A DNA stretch of 64,000 nucleotides, taken from contig CAWJPJ010000008.1 of assembly GCA_963844715.1 (NCBI GenBank), positions 448,001 through 512,000 on the forward strand, in the 5' to 3' direction. The notes below the pieces were generated by a model. The model made no database searches, was not told the DNA's origin, and saw nothing but the letters and a program-made list of their open reading frames with translations. A program made the translations under genes and the position numbers. Source of the DNA: an uncultured Phycisphaerales bacterium (GTDB lineage Bacteria > Planctomycetota > Phycisphaerae > Tepidisphaerales > Tepidisphaeraceae). Numbering within the stretch: the stretch's first letter is position 1; each line of letters starts with the position of its first letter. This document shows, piece by piece, positions 10,170 through 21,898 of this stretch.

Positions 10170-12673
10170 ATGAAGCGACGACTGGCGCTGTTGGCGATGA
10201 TTCTGTCGGGTTTGTGCGCTGCGCGGGCCATGGCGGACGATGCGCCCGTAACGCCGGCGTCTACGGACCCGAACGGATCGGTGGCCCTGGCACAGCGCAT
10301 GGAGGCATTTGCCCACCAGATGCTGCGGACGGCTGACGTACCGCCGCAGGCGTGGAATCAGAGCGCCGATCTCCTCAAGGCGGCGGTGAAACTTGACCCC
10401 GCCGAACCGCGCTATGCCCGTTTGCTGGCCGACGATCTGTTGACGTTGGACGATTCCGCCGGCGCCGTCCAGGTCCTTAAAAATTACACGACCAATCTCA
10501 ATACCGACGATCAATACGCGCAAATCCAGTTGCTGGATCTCTATCTGGCGCAGATGCAAAGCGCGGATCAGAAGATCGCGTACCTGCGGAACGTGATCGA
10601 TAAAGACGCGCTCCCCGCGGAAGTTCGCAGCGCCGCGGCCGTGCGGTGCGCCGAACTCCTGGCGGCGCGGCTTCAGACGGATGAAGCGGTCAAAATGCTT
10701 GGCGATGCGCTGTCGCTGGACCATCTCAACTCCGCGGCGATGCGCGCCAAGTACGATCTGACGTCGGCGACGGCGTCGCGCCTGAACCGGGTGCAGCAGT
10801 TGCTGAACCTGCTGATGGCCTGCCCGTCCGATCCGGGGGTGGCGGCGCGGCTTGCCCATCAACTGGCGGATGCGGCGCTGGTGAACTCCTCGATCGAGCT
10901 TTACGGCTATGCCAACAGTCTCTACTCGCTGAGCGGAGTGCGTCCGGACGCGGATTTTGCGATGGGGGCGACGTCGGAGCTGGTTTTGGCCGATCGCGGG
11001 GACGATGCGACGGCGCTGATTTCACAATATGTCCAGGCGGTGCCGAGTGACGTCGACGGGTGGCTGCTGCGGGCGACGGTGGCGAAGTATCTGGCGGATC
11101 AAAACCCGGTGGACAAGTCGATCCAGGCGGCATCGGTGGATGCGCTGCGGCAGACGTCGATCGCGCTAACCAATTGCCTGTTGAAGATTCGCAACCGCGC
11201 GGCGGGGGACACGACGGCGACGACTCAGCCGATGGAATCGGACGCGGCGGCGCCGCTGCCGGATTTATCCGGCGATGCGAGTTTGCTGGAGCGGTCGGGG
11301 CGGCCGGAGTTGGCGGATCGATATGTCGCGGCGGCGGCGGCGCTGGCCTGGTACGACCTCTATTTCGCTCATGACGCCGCCGGCGCTGATCCTTTGCTTA
11401 ACGAGTTGGGAACGCTTTTGGGGGCGCAGGATCCGCTGGTCGCGCGATTACAAGGCTGGCGCCAATATGTGGGGGGCGACCCGGTGGCGGCTTCCACGAA
11501 GCTGGTGGCGGTGCAGGGAACGGATCCGCTGGCGGCGCTGGGGCTGGTGCTGATCGACCTGGCCGATCCGCACAAGCACGGCGAAGCGATAGTGAGCGGG
11601 AAACGGCTTCTGGCGGGTCATCCGTCGGGGCTGATCGGGGCGACCATTTTCGGGCGCTGAAGAAGTACGATGTGACGCTGGAGGCGCCGCCTTCCACGGA
11701 ATCGATCACCGAGGCGATGAGTTCGTTTCCAAACGATTTCCTTCAGATCGTTTCTCATCCGCAGTCTTTTTACATCATTCACGCGGAGCCGACGGAATTT
11801 ACGTTCGATTACGGGCAGCCGGTCCTGGTGCGCGTGACCATCGAAAACATCGGGCAATATGATCTGGCGATCGGGCCTGATGCGGCGCTGCATTCCGATT
11901 TGTGGGGAGACGCGACGCTTCGAGGCCTGGAATCGAAGACGTTCGCCGGGGCGGCGTTCGACCGGTTCGGGCAGCGGCTGGTGCTGCCTGTGGGGCAGAC
12001 GGTTTCGACGATCATGCGCGTGGATGACGGGGAGATGTACAACCTGTTCCGCGACGAGCCGCGGATCGGGCTGACGATCAACATGGGGATCATAACCAAC
12101 CCGGCGGCGGTATCGTCCGCCGGCGCCGGACAGCCGGCGCTGGGCAGGCCGGGACCATGCGGGTATGGCGTTCAACTTTCGCGGATGATTTTGCGCTCAT
12201 CGGTGAGCATCGAAACGGGCGATGAGCGGGAGGCGCTGCTCAATAAGCTCCACGACGGCGACGGAGGTGAGAAGATTCGGGTGCTGGACATTCTAACCAA
12301 CGCGGTGCAGATGATGAGGCGTGATAACACGCCGGGTTCGGGGCCGATCATCGATAAGTTCGTGGCGCACATTAAGCAGGCTACGACGGACGACATGCCG
12401 TCGGTTGCCGCCTGGGCACGTTTCTCGCTGATGCTGCTGACAACGGGGGATGATCAGGCTGCCGTGATGACGCAGATGCGGCAGGATACGGCGCACTGGC
12501 AAAGCCGCCTGCTGGCGATGGTGGGGCAGTCGATCACGGGCGGGAACGAAGCGGTTCCATCGCAGTTATCCGGCGATCCGGACCCGATTGTGAAGGATTT
12601 TGCGATCCAGGCGTCGCAACGGCTTGGGGGGTCTTCGGCGCCGACAACCGAGCCGGCGTCGGCGTCCCCATAA
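10170..12673 (+). CDS. large exported TPR/HEAT-like protein (indel near 11650)
   Basis: GAGG RBS, signal peptide ARA/MA; ORFs 10170-11660 and 11672-12673. Confidence 0.7.
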
Positions 12674-12756
12674 TTGACTCTGTCCGCCGCGTACCATAAA
12701 TCTCTATAAGACTCGAGCGCTGAACCGACAGCGCGGGCGAGTCATGGAGCCTATCT

Positions 12757-13557
12757 TTGACCGCCCCTTTGTTTCCAACACCGGATCCGCGGAAACAGCC
12801 TCGGGTGGGGTTCGTGCAAGATTTCCGGCGATTTTTCGTTCGCGGGCTCGCCGCGGTCCTGCCGACGCTGGTCACCATCTGGCTCCTGCTGTGGGCCTGG
12901 GATTTTCTTTGGGAGAATATCGGCCGGCAGATCATCATTTTTATCCGCCAGGCCTGGTACGCGGCGGGGAACCGCGGGTGGATTCCGTTCCAGACGCCGC
13001 AATATATTCTCAGCCATCTCGACGAAAACTCCTTCGGGACGCGCGCCCTGGGCGTGGTCTTGTCGATCGTATTCATCTACATCGTCGGGGTATTCGTGGG
13101 GAATCTGATCGGGCGCACGGCGTGGGCGCTCGTGGAACGGGGTCTCTTGCGCATTCCGCTGGTTCGGGCGATTTATCCGGCTGTGAAGCAAATTACCGAT
13201 TTCGTCCTGGCGGATCATTCGCGGCAATTCAGCGGCAGCCGGGTCGTGGCGGTGCAGCCGCACGAGCAGAATATCTGGTCGATTGGTCTGGTAACCAGCG
13301 CCGGGCCGTGGAAGCTGGCGGAGGCGGATCCGGAGGAGATGGTGACGGTTTTTGTGCCGTCGACGCCGACAAGTTTTAGCGGATATGTTCTGGTGGTGCC
13401 CCGTAAACGGGTGGTGGAATTGCCGATGACAGTGGAAGAGGCGTTTCGACTGCTGGTCAGCGGCGGGGTGATCGCGCCCGAGGCGGAAAAGCTGCTGGGG
13501 CATGAGATGCCGCCCGCGTCGCCGGGCAGACATGACGCGGTGGCCCCGGTGCGTTAA
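12757..13557 (+). CDS. DUF502 domain membrane protein
   Basis: FVRGLAAVLP, IPLVRAIY..VKQ, VFVPSTP..FSGY, LVSGG. Confidence 0.9.
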   Translation: MTAPLFPTPDPRKQPRVGFVQDFRRFFVRGLAAVLPTLVTIWLLLWAWDFLWENIGRQIIIFIRQAWYAAGNRGWIPFQTPQYILSHLDENSFGTRALGVVLSIVFIYIVGVFVGNLIGRTAWALVERGLLRIPLVRAIYPAVKQITDFVLADHSRQFSGSRVVAVQPHEQNIWSIGLVTSAGPWKLAEADPEEMVTVFVPSTPTSFSGYVLVVPRKRVVELPMTVEEAFRLLVSGGVIAPEAEKLLGHEMPPASPGRHDAVAPVR

Positions 13558-13653
13558 GCTTTGCATCGTCGGCGCGGCCTTGCGCGACGATTTGCGGTAC
13601 AATGAAATACCGATTGGATCCGGGCCGCCGGTCCCATCTTGAAGGAGGTTTGC

Positions 13654-13986
13654 GTGCTGCTTGTCGTTTCGTCGCGTCATTTGGAAGTAACAGGGCCACT
13701 CAAGACTTACGCGGAACAGAAGGCGTCGAAACTGACGCGGTATTTTGACCGGATTCAGGAGATTGAAGTCATCTTCGACACCGCCAAGCAGAAGGCCAGG
13801 GTGGAGATGATCGTCCACGCGGAGCATCGGGCCCGTTTTGTGGCGACGTTCGCGCACGAGGACGCATACGCCTGCGTGGACGGGTGCATGGACAAGCTCG
13901 AGCGGCAGTTGTCGGAACACAAGAAGAAATATCGGAATCGCAAACACGCGTCCACGGACAAGCGCCAAATGCGGCGCACGGGATAA
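13654..13986 (+). CDS. hpf: ribosome hibernation factor (HPF/RaiA)
   Basis: RHLEVT..LKTYAEQK, DAYACVD...KLERQL; AAGGAGG RBS before GTG. Confidence 0.92.
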   Translation: MLLVVSSRHLEVTGPLKTYAEQKASKLTRYFDRIQEIEVIFDTAKQKARVEMIVHAEHRARFVATFAHEDAYACVDGCMDKLERQLSEHKKKYRNRKHASTDKRQMRRTG

Positions 13987-14022
13987 GGAATTTGGATCGC
14001 CGATCGAAAGGTTGCAGTGACC

Positions 14023-14490
14023 ATGAAGTTGAAGGAATTCATCGCGACCGAGGCCATCGTTCCCAGCCTCCAGGCGTCGGATCGCGACGGGGCTCTGAGG
14101 GAACTGGTCGAGGCGCTGACGGCGGCGGGATCGCTGCCGGCGGCGGCGGTCGAGGAAGTGATCGCGGCGCTGATCAAGCGCGAACAGAACGGCTCGACGG
14201 GGTTCGGCAAGGGTGTGGCGGTCCCGCACGTGAAGCATGCGAAAGTGAAGCAGATGTCCGGCACGATCGGACGAAGCGCCGCCGGAATCGACTTTGCGGC
14301 GCTGGATCATCAGCCGGTTTACACCGTGGTGTTGCTTCTTTCCCCCGAGAATCAGCCGCAGCAGCATCTCCAGGCGATGAATATCGTCTTCAGCAATCTT
14401 CAAAAGGACATGTTCCGCCGGTTTTTGCGACAGGCCTCAACCCGCGAAGCGATCGTGGACCTGATCGACGAAGCCGATCAGGGGAAATAA
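14023..14490 (+). CDS. ptsN: PTS EIIA component (Ntr-type)
   Basis: REQNGSTGFGKGVAVPH, IDFAALD. Confidence 0.9.
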   Translation: MKLKEFIATEAIVPSLQASDRDGALRELVEALTAAGSLPAAAVEEVIAALIKREQNGSTGFGKGVAVPHVKHAKVKQMSGTIGRSAAGIDFAALDHQPVYTVVLLLSPENQPQQHLQAMNIVFSNLQKDMFRRFLRQASTREAIVDLIDEADQGK

Positions 14491-14534
14491 TCCGCCGCCG
14501 CAGCTCTCGAGCGCGGCTGAATAACCCGGCGTCC

Positions 14535-14816
14535 ATGGCGACCATCTGGCGAGACATCATCGTGCAAAATTCTCTTGGACTGCACGCGCGGCCCGCGATG
14601 GCGTTTGTCGATATGGCGAATCAATTCAATTCCAAGGTCACCGTCATCAAGGGCGGCGACGAACCCTATGAAGCGGACGGCAAAAGCGTCATGCAGATGA
14701 TCATCCTTGCAGCCACGCAAGGTACGCCCCTGCGGATCAGCGCCGAAGGCGAAGACGCGGAGGCGGCCGTCGCAAGTCTTGCTAAACTATTCGAAGACAA
14801 GTTCGGCGAAGAATGA
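14535..14816 (+). CDS. ptsH: phosphocarrier protein HPr
   Basis: GLHARPA, DGKSVMQM, EGEDAE. Confidence 0.95.
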   Translation: MATIWRDIIVQNSLGLHARPAMAFVDMANQFNSKVTVIKGGDEPYEADGKSVMQMIILAATQGTPLRISAEGEDAEAAVASLAKLFEDKFGEE

Positions 14817-14820
14817 AGAG

Positions 14821-14852
14821 TAGTTGCGAGTTGCCAGTTGCCAGTTGCCAGT
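14821..14852. repeat. left arm, (AGTTGCC)n heptamer repeat
   Basis: TAGTTGCGAGTTGCCAGTTGCCAGTTGCCAGT. Confidence 0.95.
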
Positions 14853-14870
14853 GAAGAGGGCCAAGCATTT

Positions 14871-15229
14871 ATGCCAGTGAGGCATTATCGCGATCTCGTG
14901 GCGTGGCAGAAGGCAATGGACCTGGTCGTGGAAGTCTATCGGTTGACGCAGCGATTTCCGCGCGACGAGCAGTTTGGGTTGACCAACCAATTGCGAAGGG
15001 CTTCGGTGTCCGTGCCGTCGAATATCGCTGAAGGGCAGGGGCGGCGGCTGCAAAAGCAATTTGCCATGTTCCTGCGTGTGGCGCGGCTCAGTGCAGGAAG
15101 TCGAAACACAGCTTTTGATTGCCGAGAGACTTGGCTACGTAGAATCAGATCAGCTTGATGCCGTCCGCGCGTGCGCAAGAGGTAAGTCGGTTAGTCTCGG
15201 GACTAATCAAAGCGGTCGACCCCGCGTAA
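14871..15229 (+). CDS. four-helix-bundle protein (23S rRNA IVP / Avd-like family), indels
   Basis: YRDLVAWQKAMDL..EVYRLT..FP..EQFGLTNQLRRASVSVPSNIAEG.GR, then GSVQEVETQLLIA. Confidence 0.93.
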
Positions 15230-15241
15230 CGGGAGGCATTG

Positions 15242-15273
15242 ACTGGCAACTGGCAACTGGCAACTGGCAACTA
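15242..15273. repeat. right arm, (GGCAACT)n heptamer repeat, inverted relative to left arm
   Basis: ACTGGCAACTGGCAACTGGCAACTGGCAACTA; reverse complement matches the left arm at 31 of 32 positions. Confidence 0.95.
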
Positions 15274-15284
15274 TTAAGTAAGTC

Positions 15285-17024
15285 ATGGAAATTAAAAAGG
15301 GCATAGGCGTTTCCCCCGGCGTGGTCATCGGCACGGCTCTCGTGCTCGACGCGGAGGATTTGGCTATTCCCAAGCGGCAGGTCGCGGTGGCGGGCGTCGA
15401 TGCGGAGATGGCGCGGCTCGATCTGGCAATCCAGGAGACGATCGGCGATCTCACTAAATTGCGCGACGACATCGTTGCCAAGCAGGGGCGGGACATTGCC
15501 GGGATTTTCGATTTTCACATCGGGATTCTGCGCGATCCGTCGGTGATCAAGCCGATGCAGCAGGAGATTACCGCGAATCATCGACCGCGGAGTATGCCGT
15601 CAGTTCGGTGATGCGGAAGTACGCCACGGTGTTTTCCACGATGGGAGACCGGTATCTGTCGGAAGCGCGTCAAGGACGTGCACGATGTGGAGCGACAGGT
15701 TCTTCGGCGGCTGATCGGGCAGAAGAAACTGGATTTGACGCGCCTGGACGCGGACGCGATCGTGATCGCGCACGACATGTTGCCGAGCCAGACGGCGACG
15801 CTGGACAAGAAGCATGTGAAGGGGTTTGCCACCGACGCGGGCGGGCGGACGAGTCATACGGCGATCGTGGCGCGGGCGATGGGCATTCCGGCCGTCGTGG
15901 GATTGGGCGACATCACCTCCGAGGTGAACAGCGGCGATCTGGTGATCCTGGACGGGAATCATGGCGTACTAATCATCGATCCGGACGAGCAGGTCGTCGC
16001 GGAGCATCGCGAATCGGAACGCCGGCGATTAAAGATCGAAAGCGATCTGGCCGCCCTGGGAGGACTCCCAGCGCAGACGCAGGACGGGCATCTGATTTCC
16101 CTTCAGGCGAATATCGAGTTTCCAGCGGAAGTGGATGATGCGCTTCGCCGCGGCGCCGAGGGGATCGGATTGTATCGAACAGAGTATCTTTATCTGGCGA
16201 GCGATCACGAGCCGAGCGAAGAGGAACATTACGGCGCTTATGCGGACGCGCTGCTCAGGCTCAAGAATCGGCCGCTCGTCATCCGCACGCTCGATTTGGG
16301 CGCGGATAAATATACTCAGGACCGCTCGGCGAGCCCCGAGCGCAATCCGTTTCTGGGCGGGCGCTCGATCCGGATGTGCCTGCGTGACATTCCGATGTTC
16401 AAGCGCCAGCTTCGCGCGATTATGCGAGCTAGCGTGCTGGGGGACGTGCGGATCATGTTCCCCATGATCTCCACGCTCATGGAGCTGCGGCAGGCGAAGA
16501 TGGTGCTCAACGACGTGATGGAGGAATTGGACGACGAGGGGGTGGATTTCAAGCGGAATATCTCCATCGGGATGATGATCGAAGTGCCGTCGGCGGCGCT
16601 GATGGCGGAGAAATTCGCCAAGGAAGTGAACTTTTTCTCGATCGGAACCAATGACCTGATCCAGTACACGCTGGCGGTCGACCGGACCAACGAAAAGGTC
16701 GCCGGGCTGTTTTGCCCGGGCCATCCGGCGGTTTTGGGGCTCGTACGCGACGTAATCCGCAAGGGCAGCCGCAGTAATATCGGCGTCAGCGTGTGTGGTG
16801 AAATGGCGGGCGAACCCCTGTACACTCTATTATTGTTGGGATTAGGCTTGACCACATTCAGCATGAGCGGGCCGGATATCCCGGAGATCAAGAAAATTAT
16901 TCGCTCCACGACGATGGAGCATGCGCGGCAGGTGGCGCGGAGGGTGATGACCTTCGACAGCGAACGCCAAGTCATGCACTACCTGCGCGATGAGACCCAG
17001 AAAATCGATCCAGAAGCGTTTTAA
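15285..17024 (+). CDS. ptsI: PEP-protein phosphotransferase, PTS enzyme I (indels near 15580-15670)
   Basis: GIGVSPG, GGRTSHTAI, GIGLYRTE, RTLDLGADK, SIGTNDLIQY, CGEMAG. Confidence 0.96.
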
Positions 17025-17043
17025 AACGCAGACGAGGAACACA

Positions 17044-19515
17044 GTGTCGAAAGAAATGTTGATTAACGTCTCCCAGGGCGAGGAATGCCGAATCGCCCTG
17101 GTGGAAGACGGACGGCTCGAAGAACTGTACATGGAGCGCAGCAGCGCGACCAGTCATGTCGGCAATATTTACAAGGGGCGCGTGGCGAACGTCGAGCCGT
17201 CGATTCAGGCGGCGTTTATCGACTTCGGGCTTGGGCGCAACGGATTCCTGCACATCTCGGATCTGATGCCGCAGTATTTCGGCAGAAGGGGGCGATATTC
17301 AGGAGATCGTGGGCCGCAAGCTGGCGCGGCGCGATCGGCCGCCGATCCAGCGGTGCCTGCGCCGTGGCGATGAGATCATCGTGCAGATCATCAAGGAGGG
17401 GATCGGGACCAAGGGCCCGACGCTGAGCACGTATCTTTCCATTCCGGGGCGAATCCTGGTCATGATGCCGGGGATGAGCCGGATGGGCGTGTCGCGGAAA
17501 ATCGAGGACGACATCGAGCGGCGGCGTCTGCGGCAGATTCTCGACAGCCTCAAGCCGCCGAAGGACGTCGGGTTCATCATTCGAACGGCCGGCGTGGGAA
17601 AAACCAAGACGGAAATCCAGCGCGATCTGACGTACCTGACGCGGCTGTGGATGAATTTCGTCAAGAAGCGCGACAGCGGGCCGGGCCCGATGGAGCTTTA
17701 CACCGAGGGGGACCTGGTCACGCGGACGGTGCGCGATGTCTTCACGACGGACGTCGAACGAATCGTGGTGGACGACAAGGAAGTGGCCAAGCGAGTCAAG
17801 GAAGTGATCAAGCTCGCAAATCCGCGCGCGGAACAAGGTCGAGCTTTACGAGGAGACGTCGCCGCTTTTTCACAAGTTTGGGATTGAACGGGAAATTGAG
17901 CTGATGTATTCGCGGCACGTGCCGCTGCCTTCGGGGGGATCGCTGGTGATCGACAGCACGGAGGCGATCGTCGCGATCGACGTGAACAGCGGGAAATTCC
18001 GCGAGCACGCCGACGCCGAAACCACCGCGTTCAAGACCGATATCGAGGCAGCGGATGAAATTCCCCGGCAGTTGCGCCTGCGTGATCTGGGCGGGGTGAT
18101 TATTTGCGACTTCATCGATCTTCGCTACGAGCGGCATCGCCGCGATTTGGAAGGACGCCTGCACGCCAATTTTCAGAAAGATCGCGCCAAGACCAAAGTT
18201 TTGCGGATGAGCCAGTTCGGGATCATCGAGCTGACCCGCCAGCGCATGCGGCCGAGCCTGAAGCGGTCGATTTATTTCGATTGCCCGCACTGCAAGGGAA
18301 GCGGCCTGGTCAAAACGCCGGAGAGCATGAGCCTGGACGTCATGCGGCGATTGGCGGTCGCGATGTTTGATGTGCGGCGTGGCGCGGGTCGAACTGACGG
18401 TCGGGCCGGAAGTGAACTTTTATCTCCAGAATCGCAAGCGGGTGCAGATCGCGGAACTGGAGCGCCGAAGCGGCAAGCCGGTGATCATTCGTTCCGATCT
18501 GCAAATTGCCTCGGACGAGATCAGGCTGGCGTTGTTCGACGCGCGGGATGGGATGGTTTATCTGGAAGAGCTGGGGATGACCCCGGCCGAGCCGCTTCCG
18601 GCCAGGCATGTGGGACACGCCGGGCGGACCGATACCGGGCGCGGCGACAATCGGCGGCGCGGCGGGAGGAACCAACGGGACCGCGGGCACGGGCCTTATC
18701 CGCCGCCTTCAAGCCGCCCGCGCGAATTGCCCGAGCGTGACGAGGAGGAGGACGTAACGCGCGAGATAGAGGACGTCGAGGAGGATGTGGATCGGCGCGA
18801 GCAGGCCGAGGAAGAGGGGGAGGAAGTGATCGACTCGCCGGCCGAAGCGGTTTCGGGCGAAGAGGCGCCGGCGGCGCAGCAAGACGAATCCAGTCCGCCG
18901 CGGCGAGATTATCGAGACGACAACGGCGGGCAAGGCGGCCGGGGTCCGCGGCGCCGGGGACGGCGCGGCGGGCGCGGTCGCAACCGCGGCGGGTTCGATC
19001 GCGGAACCCAGCCGCAGGAACAGTCCGTCGGTGAAAGCGTCGGAGAACTGGAAATCGATACGGAAATTCGCGGCGAGATCGAAGAGGCGGAGCCCGAGGA
19101 GAATGGTGGCAACGCCGCCGAGTCCGAACCCAACGGAAACGTGTTGGAAGAAGACACCCAGGCGGATCTCGGGAACGAACTGAATTCCGACGAACGTCCG
19201 CAGCGTCGGCGTCGGCGAGGCCGCCGGGGAGGCCGGGGCCGGCGGCGTGGCGGCGCAGAAAATGCGCCTCAAAATATGAATCAGCGCGAGGAGCCTTCGG
19301 GACCTCGCCCGATGCGGGATCGCGTTCCGCCTCCGTCGCTGCCCGCGCCTTCGCCCCGGCAGGATGACGCACCGCGAGCCGCCGAGGCCACTACACTGAC
19401 ACGGACCGGCTCCGCGGATAAGCATTTGGTGCAGGATGAGCCGGTCGCTCCCCAGCCGCTGCCCAGACCGCGAACCTATCGCGACCTGGATACAATTCCG
19501 GATGATTTCGACTAG
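17044..19515 (+). CDS. rne: ribonuclease E/G family with long disordered Arg/acidic C-terminus (several indels)
   Basis: GNIYKGRV.NVEPSIQAAFID, IDVNSG, LRDLGGVIICDFID, CPHCKG. Confidence 0.93.
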
Positions 19516-19535
19516 GGTTCGCCTAGACTCCATGT

Positions 19536-21898
19536 ATGGAATTTTGGCAGCTCTTAGGTGATCTACATCCCAAGCTCGTTCAATTCCCGCTGGTGCTTTT
19601 GCTGGCGGGACTGGTCTTCGACGCCGGAGGATTCATCGCCCGCGCGCCGCGCTGGAACGACGCGGGGAAAATCCTCTCCGGGGCACGTTCTTTCTGCTCT
19701 TCGCGTTCATCTGCGGAATTTACGCCGAAATCTGGGCCGGCCGCGCCGGCATCCCACAGGAACAAATCGAATGGCACGAACTCATGGCGAATATCTCGAG
19801 CTGGGGATTCGTCATCCTCATGGCGTGGCGGCTGTTCCTCCGTCCGGAACATCGCAGATCGCTCATCATCTATATCGTGATCGGCTTGAGCTGGTACGGC
19901 CTGCTGATGATTACCGGATACCTCGGAGGGAGATTGGTTTTCGATTACGGGGCGGCCGTGCGCGGCGCGACGGCGAACAACGTCATTTCCCTTCACGACC
20001 TCAACGCCCTGGCGACGCGACAGACGGATGAAAATCTCCGCTACTCGGAACTCATGCACCACGTTTCGGGGTGGCTGACGCTGGCGCTGTCGGGGTCGCT
20101 TTTTGTGCACGCCCTGTGGCCCAAAAGAGCCGACAAGCTGAAATGGGTCGGCCCGGGATTGTTGCTGGTCGGCGGCATCTGCTTGTTTTTCTTCGCGGAC
20201 CTGGATCTGTATCGCCTGACCGATCTGCGGCAGCTTCGCGACCGCGAAGTGCAGTTGCATAAAACGCTGGCGATCGTGCTGGCGGTAGTCGGGGGGATCG
20301 GGCTGATGCGATTGCGCCGGCAGCAAGCCGCCGGGCGCAGAAGTTTCAGACTCCCTCGAAGGTCGTGGCGGTGATGGCGCTCATCGGCGGGGGGATGCTG
20401 TTCACGCACGTGCATACGGTGGCGCCGTACGCGAACGTGGCGGCGGGCGTTTATATCACGCACGTCGTCATGGGATTGACGGCGCTGGGGATCGGCGCGG
20501 CCAGATTGCTTCAGGACGCGATACCTAAATACCGGCGGCCGCTTGGGGTTGTGTTCGCGACGCTCATGTGCGTCGAGTCGATTCTGCTCATCACTTACAA
20601 CGAGGGATTGCCGTGGTTCATCGGTTATGGCCAGTACCAGCGATGGGCCATTCATGCCAATGGAACGGTCGCGCCGTATGGTCCGATTCGCGGCGAATTG
20701 ACGTTTGATCCATCCAATCAGCGGATGGATTTGTATGTCTACGATAAATTGAAAAATGATCCGGTTCCGGTGCCCGCGCGGCAGGTCGATATGCTCATTT
20801 CGCAGGGATATAACGAAATGACGGTACCGCTGGCGGCAGTCGGCGACGGGGATATGGCGTGGCACTTTTCCGCGGTAGAGCCGGCGCTGAAAAATATTTC
20901 GGCGTTTTGCGCGGGCGGCGCTGCCGATCGGCTCGAAGATGAAGATGGGGTATTTCGATCCGTGGGTGGTGGATTTGATCAAACCGGTGCCGCCGAATGA
21001 GGTGCCGCTTTATCAATGTCCGATGCACGATGGGATCATTTCGGAGACGCCGGGGATTTGTCCGCTGTGCGGGATGCCGCTGGTTCGGTATATGCGGTAT
21101 CCGCGACCGACGCTGCACGATGCGGATTACGACATGCGGCTGGATGTTTCTTCCCAGGCGCTGGCGGGAAAACGGATGCTATTGAAGTTTACGCCGTTGC
21201 ACAATGGAGAGCTGTTCCGCGATCTGGCGGTGGTGCACGAGCATTTGATGCACTTGATCATCGTGTCGGCGGATCTGACTTTTTTCGAGCACGTGCACCC
21301 GGTGATGCACGCGGATGGGTCGCTGACGTTGCCGTATACGTTTCAGAAGCAGGGGACGTATCTTCTGTTCGCGGATATTACGCCGCAGGGGCAGCGCGGG
21401 CAGGTGTTTCGGCTGCCGGTGATTGTGGATGATGCGGCGGGGAAGCCGCCGGAACTATTGGATGATCCGCCGGATTTGGTGCCGACGGCGGCGTCATGCG
21501 AATCGATCGCGGGCCATCCGGACATGACGGCGGAGCTGATTTTCCAGCCGCGCGTTCCGACGGCGGGATTGCATATGAACTTTCTCTTCCGGCTTTACAG
21601 CGATGGACGGCCGGTGAACGATCTGCGGCCATACATCGGGGCGATGGGGCATTGCGTGATTATTTCGGAGGACACGCAGATTTACCTGCATTGTCATCCG
21701 GAGCAGTTGCTGGCGCCGTCGCCGGATGCGCGCGGGGGGCCGGACGTGCCTTTTCATACGATTTTTCCGCATGCGGGGAAATACAAGATATGGGGACAGT
21801 TCAGGCGCGGGGACAAAGTGGTTATCGCGGAGTTTGTCGTCGATGTGAAATCGCCGATTCTGCCGCCGCGGGTCATTAACTTTTTGCTCGACGACTAG
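19536..21898 (+). CDS. multidomain putative heavy-metal (copper-like) handling membrane protein (indels)
   Basis: LHPKLVQFPL (DUF2231-like), His-rich TMs, YQCPMH..CPLCGM metal-binding domain, HEHLMH..HVHP and GAMGH..HCHP domains. Confidence 0.7.

Noticed and set aside
12751..14403. 550-aa antisense ORF (also 27971-29200, 34169-35461, 54680-55894)
   Set aside because: Shadow ORFs opposite well-supported genes in high-GC DNA
14871..15229. Diversity-generating retroelement based on the Avd-like protein
   Set aside because: No reverse transcriptase or TR/VR pair seen in the window
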